This document shows positions 1 through 6,619 of a DNA stretch of 6,619 bases, piece by piece. This DNA is from Tubiluchus corallicola (lineage: Eukaryota; Animalia; Priapulida): the NCBI GenBank assembly GCA_030141605.1, contig JAQGDQ010002366.1, positions 1 to 6,619 on the forward strand, read 5' to 3'. The translations under genes and the position numbers were made by a program. The first letter of the stretch is position 1; each line of letters starts with the position of its first letter. The notes below the pieces were generated by a model. It was not told the DNA's origin. It did not search any database and was given only the letters and a program-made list of their open reading frames with translations.

Positions 1-284
1 CGGGATACTTGAGATCGGCAGTGCATTTCTGCAGATTTCTCCTGATCAGGTACACGAGAGTGAGAATAAAGCTGCTATTACCAGATGCTTACGTTTGTTC
101 ATATATGTCCTCTGAGAAGCTGATTGAGGCTGTCTGTGTATGTCTCTGTTAAGGTGCTTAGTATTGCCTGTAGAAGTGTTTTGCCATATACTTGAAATTA
201 GCGGAATATGTTTTCTGTCCAGATGTTTGAGATTGCTTAGATGAGTTCTGATTAGATGTTTTTATTTGTTTTCCAAGCCTTAGA

Positions 285-492
285 ACCAAACGCTTCAGTC
301 TGGCTATGCATGTCTTGTTACAAGCTGATTGAGGCTATCTGTGTGGGTGTCTCTGTTAAGATGCTTGGCATTGCCTGTAGAAGTCTTCTGCCATATACCT
401 GAAATTAGCAGTACATTTCTTCTGTTCAGATGATTGGGACTGCTCTAGATGAGTTCAGACTAGATGTTTTAAATCGTTTTCAAAGCTTTAGA
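285..492. repeat. Representative long (L-type) monomer, 208 bp; class range 205-212 bp
   Basis: Anchor spacings are 205, 206, 208, 210 and 212 bp. The tail is of the form cagatg...tagatgagttctgactagatgttttaaatcgttttccaagctttaga. Most length differences come from the internal (TG)n tract. Confidence 0.93.
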
Positions 493-796
493 ACCAAACG
501 CTTCAGTCTGGCTATGCATGTCTTGTTACAAGCTAGTTGAGGCTATCTGTGTGTATGTGTGTCTCTGTTAAGATGCTTGGCATTGTTTGTAGAAGTCTTC
601 TGTTATATACTTGAAATTAGCTGTACATTTCTTCTGTTCAGATGATTGGGACTGCTCTAGATGAGTTCTGACCAGATGTTTTAAATCGTTTTCCAAGCTT
701 TAGAACCAGACGCTCAAGTTTGGCTATGCATGTCTTGTGACAAGCTAATTGCGGCTATCTCTGTGTGTGTGCCCCTGTTAAGATGCTTGACTTTGC

Positions 797-847
797 CTGC
801 AGAAGTCTTTTGCCGGGATACTTGAGATCGGCAGTGCATTTCTGCAG
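797..847 (+). other. Predicted 51-nt imperfect stem-loop, repeated in G-type monomers; possible structured ncRNA or pre-miRNA, unproven
   Basis: CUGCAGAAGUCUUUUGCCGG (797-816) pairs with UCGGCAGUGCAUUUCUGCAG (828-847): 14 Watson-Crick pairs, 4 G-U pairs, 2 symmetric mismatches and an 11-nt loop. Folded by hand only. Confidence 0.45.
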
Positions 848-1307
848 ATTTCTCCTGATCATGTACACGAGAGTGAGAATAGAGCTGCTATTACCAGATG
901 CTTACGTTTGGTCATATATGTCCTTTGAGAAGCTGATTGAGGCTGTCTGCGTATGTCTCTGTTAAGACGCTTAGTATTGCCTGTAGCAGTCTTTTGCCAG
1001 ATACTTGAGACTGGTAGTACATTTTTTGTATCCAGATTTTTGACATTGCTTTAAGTCAGTTCTGACTATATGTTTTAATTTGTTTTCCAAGCCTTAGAAC
1101 CAAACGCTTCAGTCTGGCTATGCATGCCTTGTGACAAGCTAATTGAGGCTATCTGTGTGTGTGTCTCTGTTAAGACGCTTGACTTTGCTTGTAGAAGTCT
1201 TTTGCCGGGATACTTGAAATCGGCAGTGCATTTCTGCAGATCTCTCCTGATCAGGTACATGAGAGTGAGAATAGAACTGCTATTACCAGATGTTTACGTT
1301 TGTTCAT

Positions 1308-1427
1308 ATATGTCCTCTGAGAAGCTGATTGAGGCTGTCTGTGTATGTCTCTGTTAAGGTGCTTAGTATTGCCTGTAGAAGTATTTTGTCATATACTTGA
1401 GATTAGCAGGATATGTTTTCTGTCCAG
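1308..1427. repeat. 120-bp truncated unit; also at 2628-2747, 2748-2867, 4443-4562 and 5643-5762
   Basis: tgtcctctgagaagctgattgagg recurs at exactly 120-bp spacing: 1311/1431, 2631/2751/2871, 4446/4566 and 5646/5766. Confidence 0.92.
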
Positions 1428-1650
1428 ATATGTCCTCTGAGAAGCTGATTGAGGATATCTGTGTATGTCTCTGCCGAATTGCCTTTAGAAATCTTCTGCC
1501 ATATACTTGGGATTAGCAGTACATTTTTTCTGTCTAGATGTTTTAGACTGCTTTAGATAAGTTGTGATAGATGCTTTAATTCGTTTTGCAACTCTTAGAA
1601 CCAGACGCTTAAGTTTGGCTATGCATGTCTTGGATCAAGCTAATTGAGGC

Positions 1651-2120
1651 TATCTGTGTGTGTGTCTCTGTTAAGATGCTTGGCATTGCCTGTAGAAGTC
1701 TTCTGCCATGTACTTGAAATTAGCAGTATATGTTTTCTGTCCAGATGTTTGGAATTGCTTTAGTTGAGTTCTGACTAGATGTTTTAAATCGTTTTCCAAG
1801 CTTTAGAACCAGACGCTCAAGTTTGGCTATGCATGTCTTGTGACAAGCTAATTGAGGCTATCTGTGTGTGTGTGTCTGTTAAGACGCTTGACTTTGCCTG
1901 TAGAAGTCTTTTGCCGGGATACTTGAGACAGGCAGTGCATTTCTGCAGATTTCTCCTGATCAGATCATGTACCTACATGAGAGTGAGAATAGAGCTGCTA
2001 TTACCAGATGCGTACGTTTGTTCATGTATGTCCTCTGAGAAGCTGATTGAGGCTGTCTGTGTATGTCTCTATTAAGGCGCTTAGTATTGCCTGTAGAAGT
2101 CTTTTGCCATATACTTGAGA
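1651..2120. repeat. ~470-bp block duplicated at ~2260-2722 (offset 609, then 602)
   Basis: Shared private variants are gagacaggcag, gatgcgtacg, catgtatgtcc and ctctattaaggcgc. Anchors match at 1808/2417 and 2003/2605. Confidence 0.88.
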
Positions 2121-3306
2121 CTGGTAGTACCTTTTTTGTATCCAGATTTTTGACATTGCTTTAAGTCAGTTCTGACTATATGTTTTAATTTGTTTTCCAA
2201 GCCTTAGAACCAAACGCTTCAGTCTGGCTATGCATGCCTGGTGACAAGCTAATTGCGGCTATCTGTGTGTGTGTCTCTGTTAAGATGCTTGGCATTGCCT
2301 GTAGAAGTCTTCTGCCATATATTTGAGATTAGCAGTATATGTTTTCTGTCCAGATGTTTGGAATTGCTTTAGTTGAGTTCTGACTAGATGTTTTAAATCG
2401 TTTTCCAAGCTTTAGAACCAGACGCTCAAGTTTGGCTATGCATGTCTTGTGACAAGCTAATTGAGGCTATCTGTGTGTGTGTGTCTGTTAAGACGCTTGA
2501 CTTTGCCTGTAGAAGTCTTTTGCCGGGATACTTGAGACAGGCAGTGCATTTCTGCAGATTTCTCCTGATCAGATGTACACGAGAGTGAGAATAGAGCTGC
2601 TATTACCAGATGCGTACGTTTGTTCATGTATGTCCTCTGAGAAGCTGATTGAGGCTGTCTGTGTATGTCTCTATTAAGGCGCTTAGTATTGCCTGTAGAA
2701 GTCTTTTGCCATATACTTGAGATTAGCAGGATATGTTTTCTGTCCAGATGTGTCCTCTGAGAAGCTGATTGAGGCTGTCTGTGTATGTCTCTGTTAAGGT
2801 GCTTAGTATTGCCTGTAGAAGTATTTTGTCATATACTTGAGATTAGCAGGATATGTTTTCTGTCCAGATATGTCCTCTGAGAAGCTGATTGAGGATATCT
2901 GTGTATGTCTCTGCCGAATTGCCTTTAGAAGTCTTCTGCCATGTACTTGAAATTAGCAGTACATTTTTTCTGTCCAGATGTTTGGGACTGCTTTAGATGA
3001 GTTCTGATAGATGTTTTAAATCGTTTTCCAAGCTTTAGAACCAGACGCTCAAGTTTGGCTATGCATGTCTTGTGACAAGCTAGTTGAGGCTATCTGTGTG
3101 TGTATGTCTCTGTTAAGACGCTTAGTTTGCCTGTAGAAGTCTTTTGCCGGGATACTTGAGATCGGCAGTGCATTTCTGCAGATTTCTCCTGATCAGGTAC
3201 ACGAGAGTGAGAATAAAGCTGCTATTACCAGATGCTTACGTTTGTTCATATATGTCCTCTGAGAAGCTGATTGAGGCTGTCTGCGTATGTCTCTGTTAAG
3301 ACGCTC

Positions 3307-3742
3307 AGTATTGCCTGTAGAAGTCTTTTGCCACATACTTGAGATTAGCAGGATATGTTTTCTGTCCAGATGTTTGAGATTGCTTTAGATGAGTTCTGAT
3401 TAGATGTTTTTATTTGTTTTCCAAGCTTTAGAACCAAACGTTTCAGTCTGGCTATGCATGTCTTGTGACAAGCTAGTTGAGGTTATCTGTATGTGTGTGT
3501 CTCTGTTAAGATGCTTGGCATTGCTTGTAGAAGTCTTCTGCTATATACCTGAAATTAGCAGTACATTTCTTTTGTTCAGATGATTGGGACTGCTCTAGAT
3601 GAGTTCTGACTAGATGTTTTAAATCGTTTTCCAAGCTTTAGAACCAGATGCTTACGTTTGGTCATATATGTCCTCTGAGAAGCTGATTGTCTGTGTATGT
3701 CTCTGTAAAGACGCTTAGTATTGCCTGTAGAAGTCTTTTGCC
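3307..3742. repeat. ~435-bp block duplicated at ~4620-5055 (offset 1313)
   Basis: Shared private variants are gccacatact, aaacgtttcag, gaggttatctgtatg and the deletion form ctgattgtctgtg. Anchors match at 3433/4746 and 3643/4956. Confidence 0.9.
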
Positions 3743-4233
3743 GGGATACTTGAGATCGGCAGTGCATTTCTGCAGATTTCTCCATATCAGGTACACGAGA
3801 GTGAGAATAAAGCTGCTATTACCAGATGCTTACGTTTGTTCATATATGTTCTCTGAGAAGCTGATTGAGGCTGTCTGTGTATGTCTCTGTTAAGGTGCTT
3901 AGTATTGCCTGTAGAAGTCTTTTGCCATATACTTGAAATTAGCAGAATATGTTTTCTGTCCAGATGTTTGAGATTGCTTAGATGAGTTCTGATTATATGT
4001 TTTAAATCGTTTTCCAAGCTTTAGAACCAGACGCTCAAGTTTGGCTATGCATGTCTTGTGACAAGCTAATTGCGGCTATCTGTGTGGGTGTCTCTGTTAA
4101 GATGCTTGGCATTGCCTGTAGAAGTCTTCTGCCATATACCTGAAATTAGCAGTACATTTCTTCTGTTCAGATGATTGGGACTGCTCTAGATGAGTTCTGA
4201 CTAGATGTTTTAAACCGTTTTCCAAGCTTTAGA

Positions 4234-4419
4234 ACCAGACGCTCAAGTTTGGCTATGCATGTCTTGTGACAAGCTAATTGAGGCTATCTGTGTGTGTGTC
4301 TCTGTTAAGACGCTTGACTTTGCCTGTAGAAGTCTTTTGCCGGGATACTTGAGATCGGCAGTGCATTTCTGCAGATTTCTCCTGATCAGGTACACGAGAG
4401 TGAGAATAAAGCTGCTATT
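4234..4419. repeat. Representative short (G-type) monomer, 186 bp; 11 copies in the window including the partial copy at the start
   Basis: Contains the diagnostic gccgggatacttgagatcggcagtgcatttctgcagatttctcctgatcaggtacacgagagtgagaata(a/g)agctgctatt. Copies end at 79, 892, 1284, 2002, 2604, 3226, 3820, 4419, 5229, 5619 and 6537. Confidence 0.93.
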
Positions 4420-5065
4420 ACCAGATGCTTACGTTTGTTCATATATGTCCTCTGAGAAGCTGATTGAGGCTGTCTGTGTATGTCTCTGTTAAGGTGCTTA
4501 GTATTGCCTGTAGAAGTCTTTTGTCATATACTTGAGATTAGCAGGATATGTTTTCTGTCCAGATATGTCCTCTGAGAAGCTGATTGAGGATATCTGTGTA
4601 TGTCTCTGTTAAGACGCTTAGTATTGCCTGTAGAAGTCTTTTGCCACATACTTGAGATTAGCAGGATATGTTTTCTGTCCAGATGTTTGAGATTGCTTTA
4701 GATGAGTTCTGATTAGATGTTTTTATTTGTTTTCCAAGCTTTAGAACCAAACGTTTCAGTCTGGCTATGCATGTCTTGTGACAAGCTAGTTGAGGTTATC
4801 TGTATGTGTGTGTCTCTGTTAAGATGCTTGGCATTGCTTGTAGAAGTCTTCTGCTATATACCTGAAATTAGCAGTACATTTCTTTTGTTCAGATGATTGG
4901 GACTGCTCTAGATGAGTTCTGACTAGATGTTTTAAATCGTTTTCCAAGCTTTAGAACCAGATGCTTACGTTTGGTCATATATGTCCTCTGAGAAGCTGAT
5001 TGTCTGTGTATGTCTCTGTAAAGACGCTTAGTATTGCCTGTAGAAGTCTTTTGCCATATACTTGA

Positions 5066-5090
5066 TGGTTGTTTTTGTGTTTTTTGTTGA
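5066..5090. other. Unique 25-bp T/G-rich filler at a rearrangement junction
   Basis: tggttgtttttgtgttttttgttga matches no monomer. The left flank breaks after atacttga and the right flank resumes at tatctctgtg, matching position 756. Confidence 0.85.
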
Positions 5091-6208
5091 TATCTCTGTG
5101 TGTGTGTGCCCCTGTTAAGATGCTTGACTTTGCCTGCAGAAGTCTTTTGCCGGGATACTTGAGATCGGCAGTGCATTTCTGCAGATTTCTCCTGATCATG
5201 TACACGAGAGTGAGAATAGAGCTGCTATTACCAGATGCTTACGTTTGGTCATATATGTCCTTTGAGAAGCTGATTGAGGCTGTCTGCGTATGTCTCTGTT
5301 AAGACGCTTAGTATTGCCTGTAGCAGTCTTTTGCCAGATACTTGAGACTGGTAGTACATTTTTTGTATCCAGATTTTTGACATTGCTTTAAGTCAGTTCT
5401 GACTATATGTTTTAATTTGTTTTCCAAGCCTTAGAACCAAACGCTTCAGTCTGGCTATGCATGTCTTGTGACAAGCTAATTGCGGCTATCTGTGTGTGTC
5501 TCTGTTAAGACGCTTGACTTTGCTTGTAGAAGTCTTTTGCCGGGATACTTGAAATCGGCAGTGCATTTCTGCAGATCTCTCCTGATCAGGTACATGAGAG
5601 TGAGAATAGAACTGCTATTACCAGATGTTTACGTTTGTTCATATATGTCCTCTGAGAAGCTGATTGAGGCTGTCTGTGTATGTCTCTGTTAAGGTGCTTA
5701 GTATTGCCTGTAGAAGTATTTTGTCATATACTTGAGATTAGCAGGATATGTTTTCTGTCCAGATATGTCCTCTGAGAAGCTGATTGAGGATATCTGTGTA
5801 TGTCTCTGCCGAATTGCCTTTAGAAATCTTCTGCCATATACTTGGGATTAGCAGTACATTTTTTCTGTCTAGATGTTTTAGACTGCTTTAGATAAGTTGT
5901 GATAGATGCTTTAATTCGTTTTGCAACTCTTAGAACCAGACGCTTAAGTTTGGCTATGCATGTCTTGGATCAAGCTAATTGAGGCTATCTGTGTGTGTCT
6001 CTGTTAAGATGCTTGGCATTGCCTGTAGAAGTCTTCTGCCATGTACTTGAAATTAGCAGTATATGTTTTCTGTCCAGATGTTTGGAATTGCTTTAGTTGA
6101 GTTCTGACTAGATGTTTTAAATCGTTTTCCAAGCTTTAGAACCAGACGCTCAAGTTTGGCTATGCATGTCTTGTGACAAGCTAATTGAGGCTATCTGTGT
6201 GTGTGTGT
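5091..6208. repeat. ~1.1-kb multi-monomer block, copy 2
   Basis: Near-identical to 756-1875 apart from (TG)n length and a few substitutions. It begins immediately after the unique 25-bp filler. Confidence 0.92.
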
Positions 6209-6619
6209 CTCTGTTAAGATGCTTGGCATTGCCTGTAGAAGTCTTCTGCCATATACTTGAAATTAGCTGTACATTTCTTCTGTTCAGATGATTGGGACTG
6301 CTCTAGATGAGTTCTGACCAGATGTTTTAAATCGTTTTCCAAGCTTTAGAACCAGACGCTCAAGTTTGGCTATGCATGTCTTGTGACAAGCTAATTGAGG
6401 CTATCTGTGTGTGTGTGCTCTGTTAAGATGCTTGGCATTGCCTGTAGAAGTCTTTTGCCGGGATACTTGAGATCGGCAGTGCATTTCTGCAGATTTCTCC
6501 TGATCAGGTACACGAGAGTGAGAATAGAGCTGCTATTACCAGATGCTTACGTTTGGTCATATATGTCCTTTGAGAAGCTGATTGAGGCTCTGTGTATGTC
6601 TCTGTAAAGACGCTTAGTA

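Larger units (their letters stand above)
756..1875. repeat. ~1.1-kb multi-monomer block, copy 1 (copy 2 at ~5091-6208)
   Basis: Both copies share rare variants in the same order: gtgcccctg, gcctgcagaag, gatcatgtac, tagcagtctt, gcagatctct, tttagaaatct, gataagttgtg and ttggatcaag. Anchor offsets are 4337, 4337, 4335, 4335 and 4333. Confidence 0.92.
1..6619. repeat. Complex tandem (satellite-like) array of ~36 related units (120-212 bp), extending beyond both window ends
   Basis: The anchor acca(g/a)a(c/t)g recurs at 80, 285, 493, 705, 893, 1099, 1285, 1600, 1808, 2003, 2209, 2417, 2605, 3040, 3227, 3433, 3643, 3821, 4026, 4234, 4420, 4746, 4956, 5230, 5436, 5620, 5935, 6141, 6351 and 6538. The larger gaps are explained by 120-bp units and one rearranged junction. 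All copies have the same orientation. Confidence 0.98.

Noticed and set aside
35-49. 15-nt micro-exon between tttctgcag and gtacac
   Set aside because: The donor is weak and the segment is altered by substitutions or indels in several copies. There is no transcript evidence.
65-70. AATAAA polyadenylation signal followed by GT-rich sequence
   Set aside because: It is present in only 4 of 11 G modules (the others read AATAGA), and there is no upstream gene.
118-130. Hammerhead ribozyme core, as in some newt and schistosome satellites (ctgattgag)
   Set aside because: It does not match CUGANGA (one extra base), A-head copies read cta(a/g)ttg, and I could not build the flanking stems with a GAAA.
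426-462. C/D-box snoRNA-like motifs (gatga, ctga)
   Set aside because: There is no proper RUGAUGA box or terminal stem. The motifs are part of the 35-bp subunit consensus.
735-745. Small dyad cttgt-g-acaag in A-heads, plus recurring HindIII, XbaI, PstI and NsiI sites
   Set aside because: These are short enough to occur by chance once in the monomer and are not conserved in B-heads. They are useful only as restriction markers.
3787-4017. Minus-strand ORF with LRR-looking LSNLKHLD and repeated KHL
   Set aside because: It reflects the 35-bp DNA subunit (agatgYtt). Subunits of 34-35 bp and monomers of 205, 206 and 208 bp are not multiples of 3, and neighbouring copies contain stops.
1075-5205. 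Other minus-strand ORFs (1075-1260, 3576-3785, 4889-5176, 4975-5205)
   Set aside because: They are short chance frames of the repeat in mutually different frames, and two exist only by reading through the filler junction.
765-6607. Family of + strand ORFs (66-80 aa; ...ACRSLLPGYLRSAVHFCR...EKLIEAVCVCL) at 765, 1124, 1833, 3687, 4259, 5069, 5480 and 6395
   Set aside because: They are the same frame of the G-type unit. Start points are inconsistent and often non-ATG, the frame depends on (TG)n length, and other copies (near 2500 and 3130) carry frameshifting indels. I recognise no domain. Ribo-seq or proteomics could overturn this.
1-6619. CRISPR array (35-bp periodicity, hairpins)
   Set aside because: There are no unique spacers between constant repeats. 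All sequence is repeated and no cas gene is present.
1-6619. Assignment to a named family (alpha satellite, miR-430/427 cluster, viral homologous regions, Xist/Rsx-type repeats)
   Set aside because: I recognise no diagnostic sequence, such as a CENP-B box or AAGUGC seed hairpins. A BLASTN or Dfam search is needed before naming it or calling it novel.

Overview
The whole window is one non-coding, head-to-tail tandem repeat array (satellite-like), truncated at both ends, with about 36 related units. I do not recognise the family or the organism. The CpG/TpG variant pairs suggest a methylated eukaryotic genome, but that is inference. The array has three levels of structure. (1) The long monomer (205-212 bp) is built from six degenerate ~35-bp subunits. 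(2) Monomers fall into classes: long L-type; short G-type (mostly 184-188 bp) carrying a distinct 49-bp module; 120-bp restart units; and 195-bp deletion units. (3) These classes are shuffled into an irregular higher-order mosaic containing recent duplications of 0.4-1.1 kb. All listed ORFs are frames of the repeat, and I do not call any as genes. The most interesting signal is a + strand stem-loop in the monomers. In G-type units it is a 51-nt, 20-position pre-miRNA-like hairpin, and several class-specific substitutions keep the pairing. A unique 25-bp T/G filler at 5066-5090 marks the breakpoint of the largest duplication. All alignment and folding was done by eye.
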